Of a stretch of DNA of 64,000 nt, positions 38,686-47,362 are shown one piece after another; the stretch's first letter is position 1, and each line of letters starts with the position of its first letter. The stretch comes from an uncultured Actinomycetes bacterium (GTDB lineage Bacteria > Actinomycetota > Thermoleophilia > Solirubrobacterales > Solirubrobacteraceae). The notes under the pieces are model-generated. The model saw nothing but the letters and a program-made list of their open reading frames with translations. It did no database searches and was not told where the DNA came from. The position numbers and the translations under genes are program-made. The stretch spans positions 317,940 to 381,939 of the forward strand of contig CAWHMB010000004.1 in assembly GCA_963830405.1 (NCBI GenBank), given 5' to 3'.

Positions 38686-39090
38686 GTGCGATTTCTGCTC
38701 AACATCATTTGGCTTGTGCTGTGCGGCTTTTGGATGGCGGTGCTCTATGTAATCGCCGGACTCGTGATGTGCGTGTTGATCATCACGATTCCATTCGGCC
38801 TACAGGCGTTCAAGCTCGCTGGCTTCATGCTCTGGCCGTTCGGCCGCACGGTAGTTCACCGCCGCGACGCCGGTGTAGGGTCGTTCATCGGCAATGTGCT
38901 CTGGGTCGTCCTCGTCGGCTGGGAATTGGCGATCGGGCACATCGTGACCGCCTTCGTCCTAGCGATCACGATTATCGGCATCCCGCTCGCGCTGGCCAAT
39001 GCGAAGCTCGTGCCGATCTCGCTGCTTCCGTTCGGGAGGGTCATCGTGCCGGTAGACCAGGTCGCCGCAACGGATGCAGGCTCCTTCTGA
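38686..39090 (+). CDS. YccF-domain inner membrane protein
   Basis: Two YccF repeats: NIIWLVLCG...IITIPFG...WPFG and GNVLWVV...ITIIGIP...LPFG; RBS GAGGA. Confidence 0.85.
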   Translation: MRFLLNIIWLVLCGFWMAVLYVIAGLVMCVLIITIPFGLQAFKLAGFMLWPFGRTVVHRRDAGVGSFIGNVLWVVLVGWELAIGHIVTAFVLAITIIGIPLALANAKLVPISLLPFGRVIVPVDQVAATDAGSF

Positions 39091-39121
39091 GTTGGAGGAT
39101 GCAGCCTCCTTCTGAGTTGGA
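39072..39121. repeat. 25-bp tandem duplication across the YccF stop codon
   Basis: ggatgcaggctccttctgagttgga / ggatgcagcctccttctgagttgga, 1 mismatch. Confidence 0.9.
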
Positions 39122-39131
39122 GACACGGGTT

Positions 39132-39148
39132 TCGTACGAATCGGGTGA
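39132..39148. promoter_or_regulatory. operator-like motif (2 mismatches)
   Basis: TCGTAC-GAATC-GGGTGA(TG). Confidence 0.5.
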
Positions 39149-39227
39149 TGCGGCCCGATCATGGTGCGCTTTCATCAAGCGCATCGCGCACGACCGCGAC
39201 TGACGTTAGCGACACAAGCGAGGGGCA

Positions 39228-39794
39228 ATGTCTCCATTTACCTATCAGACGATCAAGCTGAGCAAGGGCAAGCACGTCTCGCCCAGGGAGGGCGCCTGCG
39301 TGATGGAGCTCGCCTCGATGCTTTCAAACGAGCGATTCAGCGACCATCCTTGGTCGGTGTGTCCTGTGATCGGGGCGTTTGTCCGCGCTTATAACGATTC
39401 AATCGACGATCGCCGCCGGCAGGATCTTTATGCATACGCGGCCAAGGTCGTGGGCAGCCGGACCTCGGCCGAGGTGCGGCGTGTCCGCAGCGAACGGGTG
39501 ACTGAATGGGCGTGCGAGATGCTCCGGTCCAGGCGGCCGCGATTGCTCTTCCCTTGGGCCACACGAGCGCTGGCTCGGGCGGAACGGGGCTCGACGACTC
39601 AGTTTGGCGTGTGCGCGGTTAAGTCGATCTCGAGCCACACGGATGAGACACACGCGGCCGTGCTCACGCTGATAGATGAGTTGCTTCGGATCGGGACGGG
39701 CGATGTACCAGCACTGTCGTCCCCGTCGCTGACCGCCGATTCAATTTGGCGTGTGGCAGCGCAGGACTCTGGCCGCGTCAGCGCCAAGGCCTAG
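39228..39794 (+). CDS. hypothetical protein with Cys/His-rich N-terminal motif
   Basis: LSKGKH..P..GACVMELASML...FSDHP.SVCPVIG...YND; 188 aa. Confidence 0.65.
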   Translation: MSPFTYQTIKLSKGKHVSPREGACVMELASMLSNERFSDHPWSVCPVIGAFVRAYNDSIDDRRRQDLYAYAAKVVGSRTSAEVRRVRSERVTEWACEMLRSRRPRLLFPWATRALARAERGSTTQFGVCAVKSISSHTDETHAAVLTLIDELLRIGTGDVPALSSPSLTADSIWRVAAQDSGRVSAKA

Positions 39795-39831
39795 GCCAAC
39801 AAGCACGCGAGCGGACTCGCTGCAGAGGTGC

Positions 39832-40109
39832 CGCGATGGCGAGCGCCTGTGGGCGTTTCGTTCCTCGAGCGAAGGAAATCGCGCTCTCTGTTCTACACCG
39901 GCAACGTCTCCACCCTCTATCCGGAGCGTGACATCTTCCAAGAGGTCTCCGATTACTCTCGGCCTGGTGGTCTCCGAGCCAATGGGCGATCTTCCGGAGT
40001 CTGGAACGAGGTGCCGGAGTCGTCCTACGGGGTCGTGGGCCAAGGGGAGGACTACATGAAGACCTTTGCCGTCAGACCACCTTCGAAGGCAGTGCCTGTC
40101 AGCACGTAA
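39832..40109 (+). pseudogene. C-terminal remnant of class II glutamine amidotransferase
   Basis: DGERLWAFR, KSRSLFY, LYPERD, VSEPMGDL, WNEVPESSYGVVG spread over different frames; match 10542..11393. Confidence 0.8.
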
Positions 40110-40117
40110 GACGGGCG

Positions 40118-40175
40118 GTGCGCCCGAGAGGACGCGAACCTCGACGGACCCAGCGGCCCACGAGGCCCTCAGCCT
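40118..40175 (-). repeat. degenerate direct repeat of tRNA-Leu 3' part (att-like)
   Basis: 58 bp, 53/58 identical to 41086..41143. Confidence 0.85.
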
Positions 40176-40205
40176 GGAGTGCAACCTGCAGTGCGCTCGC
40201 GGCGC

Positions 40206-40757
40206 CTACTGCGTGCCGGGGGGATGGCGGCTGTCCCCGAACGCCGCCGCCTCCGCCTTCTCGCGTGCGCGGTCAGCCGATTGGGCTTCTGCAGCGGCCT
40301 CGCCGGCGCGCTCACGGGCCTCCTCGAGCTCCTCTGCCCGCTGCTGCGCCTCGCGCTCCAGTTCGCGGGCTCGCCGGTTGGCTTCCTCGGCTTCGACCCG
40401 TCGCTGGTGGATCAAGCTCGCGCTGAAGAGCGGGCCGGGAGATTGCAGCGTGACCTTGAACCGGGCGCCCACCGAGGCGACCTGCTCCGCGCTCAGCTCG
40501 TCTTCAGCCGTGCTGCTCCCTGCCTGACCGATCTGTTCGGCGCTGTATGGAACTCGGACGTAATCTCGGCTGAGCACCGCGTCGGCGGCGGGGACCAATG
40601 TGACTTGGCGGCCCAACATCCCACGTTTGACCGACAGCAGAATCGGCTCCTCGGTACCGGAGTCGTAATACACATCTTCCAGACGCCCGGCTTTCTCGCC
40701 GACGCCATCCACTACATCCTGCCCACGCCACGTCTCGATGCGTTCAACGGTTGGCAT
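40206..40757 (-). CDS. PRC-barrel protein with coiled-coil tail
   Basis: WRGQDVVD..GEKAGRLEDVYYD...LVP...VRVPY; EAEEANRRARELERE tail. Confidence 0.75.
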   Translation of the reverse strand: MPTVERIETWRGQDVVDGVGEKAGRLEDVYYDSGTEEPILLSVKRGMLGRQVTLVPAADAVLSRDYVRVPYSAEQIGQAGSSTAEDELSAEQVASVGARFKVTLQSPGPLFSASLIHQRRVEAEEANRRARELEREAQQRAEELEEARERAGEAAAEAQSADRAREKAEAAAFGDSRHPPGTQ

Positions 40758-41086
40758 CCCTAACGGCTCCTTGTATCGCCTTCTTAACGCCCATCGTCGC
40801 CACCTGAACCTCGATCCTGTGCGGTTCCAGCCGCTCGGCGGCCTGTCCGTGCACAGCCCGAGGCCGGGCCCTTTGCCAGCGCCCTCCCATATCGGACCAC
40901 TTGCAGGGAAGCCGAGCAAGGGTGTGCGCACCCGAGCTCGCCACCAGCCGACACGCGTGGGAGGCGGTGACGCAGCTCGACACCCACATATTTCTGTGGC
41001 TGCAGACCGAGCCCGAGCGGCTGGGCGAGCGTCTCGCCCTCGTGCTGGTGTCCGTCGCCGACCGGCGGTTGGTTTGCCCTCCCAAG

Positions 41087-41172
<86 letters not shown>

Positions 41173-41412
41173 TTGCGGCGCCAGTATAGCCCTGGCCAGG
41201 CGCCCGGCGGGAGCGATTTGTGGACCCCGGCTACTCCTGTGAGGAGCGAGTGGCGTTTGGGTAATCCCCAAATCTCAGTCAAGACGAAAAATGGACGAGG
41301 AGGCACTCGCGATCTGACCTGCGTGCACCCTCGCGCTGGTGCAGCCCGGGTATGAGACTGAAGTGGGCGTGCGCGCGACAGCGCGGGCAGGGATAGCGTC
41401 GAAAGGTTCCCA

Positions 41413-41823
41413 GTGACCGATTCGGAGAAGGCTCAATTTCTCGACACAGACCGCGGCCCCGGTCGAGAGATCAAGGTGCTGGTGGTAGACGACAACAAAG
41501 CATTTCGTAACGCGATGGACGATTTGGTCGCGGCGGCTCCCGGGTTCGTCCTGGCCGGCGTGGCATGCTCGGGCGAGGAGGCGATTCGCGCTGTCGATGA
41601 GCTGGCCCCGCAGCTGGTGCTGATGGACATCCTCATGCCCGGCATGGGCGGGATCGCGGCCGCGCGGGCGATCCTCAGCAATTCTCCCAGAGTGATGGTC
41701 GTGCTGACCTCGGTCGACGACCACGCGCTGCGCGTAGCGCTTGACTGCGGCATCGCCTGCGAGCGTAAGCAGGATCTTCGGCCGCGCCGGCTCGGCCAGT
41801 TGTGGGAGATCCACCACAACTGA
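41413..41823 (+). CDS. stand-alone response regulator receiver protein, copy 2
   Basis: VLVVDD, LVLMDILMPGMGG, ERKQDL; paralogue of 32412..32828. Confidence 0.8.
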   Translation: MTDSEKAQFLDTDRGPGREIKVLVVDDNKAFRNAMDDLVAAAPGFVLAGVACSGEEAIRAVDELAPQLVLMDILMPGMGGIAAARAILSNSPRVMVVLTSVDDHALRVALDCGIACERKQDLRPRRLGQLWEIHHN

Positions 41824-42096
41824 GGCTGGCCGGTTCCGTCCGACTCAGAAGAACGCGGCGCCGGTCGCCTCAGAAGTACGCGGCGTCGGTTGACTGGGCG
41901 TGGTCAATCGGAACGATTGCTGAGCAGAACCCAGAGGAAGGTGGCCATGCCGCTCCCTTTCGACGCGCCGATCCGTCCGACCGGCTGGTGTCGCCAAGTT
42001 TCGGTCGCGGCGGAGGGTCGGGCAAGGTTGTAGACACCCAGGCATCGGTGTGCCGACAGGTGTGTCGACAGGCATCGTCGCCCAACATAGGGGTGA

Positions 42097-42113
42097 TCAC
42101 CCGATCAGGATGA
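42097..42113. promoter_or_regulatory. palindromic operator-like motif (exact)
   Basis: TCACCC-GATCA-GGATGA(TG). Confidence 0.75.
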
Positions 42114-42148
42114 TGATCGCGGGCGTTCCATGACAGTAGCTTTGGACG

Positions 42149-43558
42149 ATGGCTGACGGCGGTGCAGCCGCTCCCACGGATGCGAGTTCGCCCAGCGGGG
42201 GAGAGGATCCTAACGCGACCCTCCTAAGCAGGGGATTCTTGGTCCTGCTCGTAATCGCGGCGATCGTAGGTGTCGTCGTATCGCTTGCAGCGTGGTGCTT
42301 CCTCGCGCTGGTCTACCAGATCCAGCGCGAGCTGTATCACCACCTCCCAAGTGCTCTTGGCTATCAACACGGTCCACCGCTCTGGTGGTCGCTGCCGATT
42401 CTGGCGATCTCCGGGCTGATCACCGCCTCTGCGATCGTCCGCTTGCCCGGCAAGGGCGGGCACATCCCAGCCGAGGGACTGAAAGTGGGGGGCGGACCGA
42501 CGCTGCCGGTCGAGCTGCCCGGGATCATTCTGGCGGGCATGGCCTCGATCGGCCTGGGGATGGTGATCGGCCCCGAGGCCCCGCTGATCGCACTTGGCGC
42601 CGGGCTCGGAGTGGCAACGATCAAGCTCGCGCGCAAGGAGGCACCGCCCCAGCTGCTCGTGGTCGTCGCGGCCACGGGGAGCTTTGCCGCTCTGTCGTTC
42701 GTCTTTAGCTCGCCGCTGATCGCGGCGGTCATCCTGCTCGAAGCGACAGGGTTGAGCCGGGACAGGCTTCCGATCGTGCTGCTGCCCGGGCTGCTCGGTG
42801 CCGGGATCGGGACTTTGGTATCGATCGGCATGGGGTCGTTCACCGGGCTCAGCAGCAGCGCCTACGCGCTTGGCCCTCTTTCGCTCCCGGCTTTTCAGCG
42901 TCCGACGCTCGCCTCGTTTGCGTGGACGATCCCGTTGGCGGTGATCGTCGCCGTGGTCGCCCATCTGATCAGGACCGGTGGCATCGGCACGCAGCGGATC
43001 GTGCGCTCGCGCCAATTGCTCCTGCTGCCCCTGTGCGGGCTGATCGTCTCAGGGCTGGCGATCGCGTTCTCGCAGGCCGCCGGCAAGGGCGTGAACGAGG
43101 TGCTGTTCTCCGGTCAGGACGCCCTTCCGGGCCTGGTGTCCGGCGCGGGGACATGGTCGCTTTCCGCGCTCGCTCTACTGATCGTGTTCAAGGGGCTCGG
43201 CTATTCGATCGCGCTCGGCAGCTTCAGGGGCGGCCCCACGTTTCCGGCAATCTTCCTGGGCGCGGCGGGGGGCATCATGGCCTCCCACCTGTCGGGCTTC
43301 CCGATCACGGCGGCGGTCGCGGTCGGGATCGGCACCGGGACTGTCGCGATCTTGCGCCTGCCGCTGTCGGCGGTCGTGATCGCCACGCTGCTGACTTCGA
43401 AGGCGGGTCCTGGAGCCGAACCACTCGTGATCGTGGGAGTCGTCGTCACGTACCTCGTCACATTGCGGCTGTCCGCGCTGCGGACGGTCGCGGAGCCCAG
43501 CGTGCCGGCAACCGCGGCGAGCGGCTCGCGCGCCCCGGCTCCTGCCGCGCTGAAGTGA
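42149..43558 (+). CDS. ClC family chloride channel/transporter
   Basis: GPEAPLIALG (gating Glu), FRGGPTFPAIFLG, LRLPLSAVV; about 11 TM. Confidence 0.8.
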   Translation: MADGGAAAPTDASSPSGGEDPNATLLSRGFLVLLVIAAIVGVVVSLAAWCFLALVYQIQRELYHHLPSALGYQHGPPLWWSLPILAISGLITASAIVRLPGKGGHIPAEGLKVGGGPTLPVELPGIILAGMASIGLGMVIGPEAPLIALGAGLGVATIKLARKEAPPQLLVVVAATGSFAALSFVFSSPLIAAVILLEATGLSRDRLPIVLLPGLLGAGIGTLVSIGMGSFTGLSSSAYALGPLSLPAFQRPTLASFAWTIPLAVIVAVVAHLIRTGGIGTQRIVRSRQLLLLPLCGLIVSGLAIAFSQAAGKGVNEVLFSGQDALPGLVSGAGTWSLSALALLIVFKGLGYSIALGSFRGGPTFPAIFLGAAGGIMASHLSGFPITAAVAVGIGTGTVAILRLPLSAVVIATLLTSKAGPGAEPLVIVGVVVTYLVTLRLSALRTVAEPSVPATAASGSRAPAPAALK

Positions 43559-43568
43559 GCCTCCGGAA

Positions 43569-43946
43569 TCAGAACGAAACTACGACGATCGCCAGAGTCG
43601 CCGCCGCGAGCACCACGGCAGCTGCGGTGAGGCCCATCACCACCGGAGAAGAGAGCTCGTCGTAGCCGCCCCGACGCAGGGCCTCCGCGGCGCGGCGCTG
43701 ACGCACTGCGCCGAGCACCAGGACCGCAACCGCGATCGCCGCGTAGCCCACACCGATCAGCCTCAAGGGCCATCTCGCCCCTCCGGTCAGGCCTGGGAGC
43801 AGGCGACCGACGGCGATCGCCACGGCGGCTGCGCCCAAGCCGGTGCGCCACCAGGCCAGCCAGGTCCGCTCGGCCGCCAGCCACGTCCGCCGAGACACAT
43901 CTGCGTTGGGCGCAGCCCGGGGATCGGCGGCGGGCGGTGTCGTCAT
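43569..43946 (-). CDS. DUF202/YidH family membrane protein
   Basis: RTWLAAERTWLAWWRTG motif plus 3 TM. Confidence 0.85.
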   Translation of the reverse strand: MTTPPAADPRAAPNADVSRRTWLAAERTWLAWWRTGLGAAAVAIAVGRLLPGLTGGARWPLRLIGVGYAAIAVAVLVLGAVRQRRAAEALRRGGYDELSSPVVMGLTAAAVVLAAATLAIVVVSF

Positions 43947-44054
43947 CTCGGCGCGGGCAGTAGAGCAGCTTCAGCACCGCGTACCGTCTCGGTCACGAGC
44001 ATCCGACTCAGATCTACGTGGTCGCTCACACTGCCCCGCCAGCCATGGGCCCGC

Positions 44055-44756
44055 TCACCAGTTGACGATTCCGCGAACGATCAGGAGGACCCCGATCACG
44101 GCGCCGGCGACCACCCCAATCCGTCCACCCCGTCGGCTCAGCCAGCTGCTGAACCGCTGAACGGTGGCTCCTGTCTGCTCCGGTCTGATCGCGTAGCCGA
44201 GCAACGGAAGCTCCAACAGGATGAGCATGATCACATTGAACGCCAGGACGACGATTACCGTCGTGGCCGTCCCAATCTTCTGCTTATGCAGTAGCTCCAT
44301 CCCGGCGATATAGGACGCACCTGGGAAGCTCAGCAGCACCCCGACCACAAACGTGTCGCGAGCAGAGCCCTTGCTGAGCTGGCGCCGCCAGCGGGGCGGC
44401 GGCTTGTCCTTGGTGCGCTCGCGTCTGCGCTCGCTCCAAGCGCGGCGCCGGCGGTCGCGGCCGCTTCCAACGACTGCCACGACCACCAGAATGAGGGCGC
44501 CGAGGACCAGGTTCAGGACCGGGTTGACACTGTGCTTTGCCGTGCTCGACGTGCTCGAGCTTGGCGACGCGAACACGAGCACAAGACCCAAGCTGATGCT
44601 CGTGAGCGCCGCTCCGATCAGGTAGCCGGTCAGTAGCCGCTTGGGCTTTTCCAGCGCCAGCATGACCGTCACGGCGGCCAGCAGCGTCGGGTTAAGCGCG
44701 GCAGTGAACGCGAATGCGAATACCTGGCCCACGCGCCGACGGTACGGCTCCGACAT
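44055..44756 (-). CDS. GAP family membrane protein, copy 2
   Basis: AALNPTLLAAV, KPPPRWRRQLSKGS, LSFPGASY, LLELPL. Confidence 0.75.
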   Translation of the reverse strand: MSEPYRRRVGQVFAFAFTAALNPTLLAAVTVMLALEKPKRLLTGYLIGAALTSISLGLVLVFASPSSSTSSTAKHSVNPVLNLVLGALILVVVAVVGSGRDRRRRAWSERRRERTKDKPPPRWRRQLSKGSARDTFVVGVLLSFPGASYIAGMELLHKQKIGTATTVIVVLAFNVIMLILLELPLLGYAIRPEQTGATVQRFSSWLSRRGGRIGVVAGAVIGVLLIVRGIVNW

Positions 44757-44766
44757 CCGCGGGTAA

Positions 44767-44783
44767 TCACCCGATGCAGGTGA
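44767..44783. promoter_or_regulatory. palindromic operator-like motif (1 mismatch)
   Basis: TCACCC-GATGC-AGGTGA. Confidence 0.7.
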
Positions 44784-44805
44784 ACTTGCCGCGGCTGTTG
44801 AGGGC

Positions 44806-45792
44806 TCAGTGGAAGTCGGCGGCGCAGCGGAAGCCAAGGTTGCCGGTCGCCGAGTCCGGCTCGTTGCCCTGGCGTGCGGAGACGCGGTAGCGCCGGCAGT
44901 AAGACTCGTGACACAGATGAGAGCCGCCCTTCTGCACTCTGTGCGTCCCGGTCGGCGGTCCGACTGGGTCAGTACGGCGGTCGCGGGCTCGGAATACAGG
45001 ATCGAACCAGTCGGCTGTCCACTCCCAGACGTTGCCCGTGGCGTTGTAGATGCCGAAGCCATTCGGCGCGAAGGCATCCACGGGACACGTGCCGTAGTAG
45101 CCATCGCCAAGCGTGTTCTCGCTCGGGAACCGTCCCTGCCAGACGTTCATCCGATGCTCGCCTTTGGGCTCGAGCTCCTCGCCCCAGGGAAACGTCCTCT
45201 CGGCCAGACCGCCGCGCGCGGCGAACTCCCATTCGGCCTCGGTCGGCAGGCGCTTGCCCGCCCAGGAGCAGTAGCTGAGCGCGTCGTTGAACGAGACCTG
45301 AACCACTGGATGTTCGCCTCGGTCGGCAATATCCGACTGTGAACCCTCCGGGTGGCGCCAGTCGGCCTCGTAGACCTGGCGCCACCAAGGCGCAGCGGCG
45401 ACGGCGCGCGTCGCCGGAAATTCGTCCGGTAGCAGGCCGCCGAACACGAATGACCAACCGAAGAGCTCCGCTTCGGTGACATATCCGGTGGCGGCGACGA
45501 ACTTGTCGAAGTCGGCGTTCGAAACGGCGCACGCGTCGATCAGGAAGCGGGAAACCTCCACCTCTCGTGGCGTTTCGCCGTCGTCGGGGTATGCCCATGG
45601 ATTCTGGCTGCCGATGACGAATACGCCGCCTGAGAGCGAGACCATCCCGCTAATAGAGACCGGCGCAGTCCTGTCTACCGTCACGGCAGGGCCTGCCGCG
45701 GCCGCCGAGTGGGCGCCTTTGACGGCACCTCGCGACGGGTTACAGCAGCCGCCCGAAGAGTGCGAGTTAGGTTCGGGCTCGGAGCCGGTCAT
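44806..45792 (-). CDS. formylglycine-generating enzyme (SUMF1/FGE)
   Basis: GGCCNP, RLPTEAEWEFAARGG, GNVWEW, KGGSHLCHESYCRRYR, GNLGFRC. Confidence 0.9.
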   Translation of the reverse strand: MTGSEPEPNSHSSGGCCNPSRGAVKGAHSAAAAGPAVTVDRTAPVSISGMVSLSGGVFVIGSQNPWAYPDDGETPREVEVSRFLIDACAVSNADFDKFVAATGYVTEAELFGWSFVFGGLLPDEFPATRAVAAAPWWRQVYEADWRHPEGSQSDIADRGEHPVVQVSFNDALSYCSWAGKRLPTEAEWEFAARGGLAERTFPWGEELEPKGEHRMNVWQGRFPSENTLGDGYYGTCPVDAFAPNGFGIYNATGNVWEWTADWFDPVFRARDRRTDPVGPPTGTHRVQKGGSHLCHESYCRRYRVSARQGNEPDSATGNLGFRCAADFH

Positions 45793-45815
45793 CCGATCAT
45801 CCAAGCACGACCCGC

Positions 45816-47126
45816 TCAATGCCCCTCACCCGAACTGGATGATCCCGCCGCGGCCGGCGCGGGCCGGGCCGGGCCGGCTGGTCGATGGGCAGCGGTCGGG
45901 ACGCTCTCCATCGTCGGTAGCCGCTCTCGCTTGTGCGAGCGATACCAGCGCGCGTAGCGATCGGCGAGCGGCGCCGCGGACATGCCGTGGGCCACCACGG
46001 AAAGCCCGACGGTGACATACGTCGTTAGGAGGATCGTCTGCACGTGCGGCAGGTGCGAGCCTTCGACGACGATCACCGCAAAGACGATCGAGGCCAGGCC
46101 CCGCGGCCCGAACCAGCCGAGGAACGCGAGCGTCGGCCAGCGGGCGCCCGTCCCCAGCATGGCGATCGCCACCGGCAGCATGCGGACGGCCGTTAGACTG
46201 AGCGCGGCATAGGCGACGATGCTCCAGCTCAGGTGGGCAAGCGCCGGTCCGAGCAGGACCGCGCCGAACGCAAGGAATGTCAATCCGTCGAGCAGCGCGC
46301 CCAACCCGTCGTTGAAGCGGGAGGCGTCGTCCGATTCCCGGACCAAGGCTCCGAACAGCATGCCGGCGAGGAATGCGGCGATGAAACCGGAGCCGCCGAG
46401 GGCGGCGGCGACGCCGTAGGCGAGCGTGGCTCCGGCCACCGGGATGACCTGCAGCCACGTGTCGGCGATCAGCTCCGTGCGCCGGCCGATCCCCACGACA
46501 GCCGCGACGAGGAGGCCGGCGCCCGCGCCGCCCAACAGGCCGTAGCCGATCTCCTCGGCGACAATCGTGATCGCATGGTGCCCGTTGGCTACATGCGACT
46601 CGACGTCGGCCGCTGCGAGCACGATGAACAAGAGCGGGACGCAGATGCCGTCGTTGAGGCCGCTCTCGACGTTCAGACCTTGCCGGATCCTCGACGGGAG
46701 CCGCTGATCGCTGACGACGGCTTGTCCGAGCGCCGCGTCAGTGGGCGCCAGTAACACCGCCAGCACCAGCGCCTCAGCGATCGTGAGCTGATTGAAGATG
46801 ACGGCTGCCAGCAACGCGCCGAGGCCGATCGTCAGTGGCAGCCCGACGCCGAGCAGCCGCAGCGGCACGACGTACTCGCGACGTAGCGCATCGAGCCGGA
46901 TTCGCGACGCGTCGGCGAACAGGACCACGGCGAGTGTCGCCTCGGCCAGTGTCCGGACCGCCGCGCCGCCCGGCGAAGGATCGACTTCGCCGGCGACCTC
47001 AGGTCCGATCAGCACGCCGAGCGCGACGAACACCATCGCTGTGGTCACCGGAGTGCCCGAAAGGCGACGCGACACGGCAGCGACGCCGAGCACCGCGAGC
47101 GCCACGATGGCCAAAGACCAGCTCAT
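45816..47126 (-). CDS. cation:proton antiporter (CPA1/NhaP-like), copy 2
   Basis: LAPTDAALG, NVESGLNDG, GWFGPRGLASIVF; close paralogue of 5490..6767. Confidence 0.9.
   Translation of the reverse strand: MSWSLAIVALAVLGVAAVSRRLSGTPVTTAMVFVALGVLIGPEVAGEVDPSPGGAAVRTLAEATLAVVLFADASRIRLDALRREYVVPLRLLGVGLPLTIGLGALLAAVIFNQLTIAEALVLAVLLAPTDAALGQAVVSDQRLPSRIRQGLNVESGLNDGICVPLLFIVLAAADVESHVANGHHAITIVAEEIGYGLLGGAGAGLLVAAVVGIGRRTELIADTWLQVIPVAGATLAYGVAAALGGSGFIAAFLAGMLFGALVRESDDASRFNDGLGALLDGLTFLAFGAVLLGPALAHLSWSIVAYAALSLTAVRMLPVAIAMLGTGARWPTLAFLGWFGPRGLASIVFAVIVVEGSHLPHVQTILLTTYVTVGLSVVAHGMSAAPLADRYARWYRSHKRERLPTMESVPTAAHRPAGPARPAPAAAGSSSSGEGH
45826..45842. promoter_or_regulatory. palindromic operator-like motif (exact)
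   Basis: TCACCC-GAACT-GGATGA in antiporter 3' tail, just upstream of FGE. Confidence 0.7.
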
Positions 47127-47192
47127 GACGCGTGCAGAGGTCCTCCTTCGGAAATGGGGGAGCCAGTCTCTGCCGAAGCGACCTGGCCGGCA

Positions 47193-47209
47193 TCCCCCTC
47201 AACGGGTGA
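47193..47209. promoter_or_regulatory. palindromic operator-like motif (1 mismatch)
   Basis: (CA)TCCCCC-TCAAC-GGGTGA. Confidence 0.55.
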
Positions 47210-47259
47210 GGGCGTGGTGCCGACCAGCCGCACGGCCCGCAGCGATTCTGGATCACAGA

Positions 47260-47276
47260 TCACCCGATGCGGATGA
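47260..47276. promoter_or_regulatory. palindromic operator-like motif (exact)
   Basis: TCACCC-GATGC-GGATGA(TG) upstream of arylsulfatase. Confidence 0.75.
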
Positions 47277-47362
47277 TGTCCGGGCGTTGCGGTCTGGGAG
47301 CGTTGTGTTGCACGCCGCTCCGCGCGTATCAACCAGATCCTTTGTGAATTGAGGCAGCCACG

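Noticed and set aside
42078-42096. TCGCCC-N7-GGGTGA next to the exact operator at 42097
   Set aside because: The spacer is 7 rather than 5; it may be an overlapping half-site but was not counted
42149-43558. Fluoride-specific ClC-F exporter
   Set aside because: Lacks the GNNLI/GREGT-type signatures; called only a generic ClC
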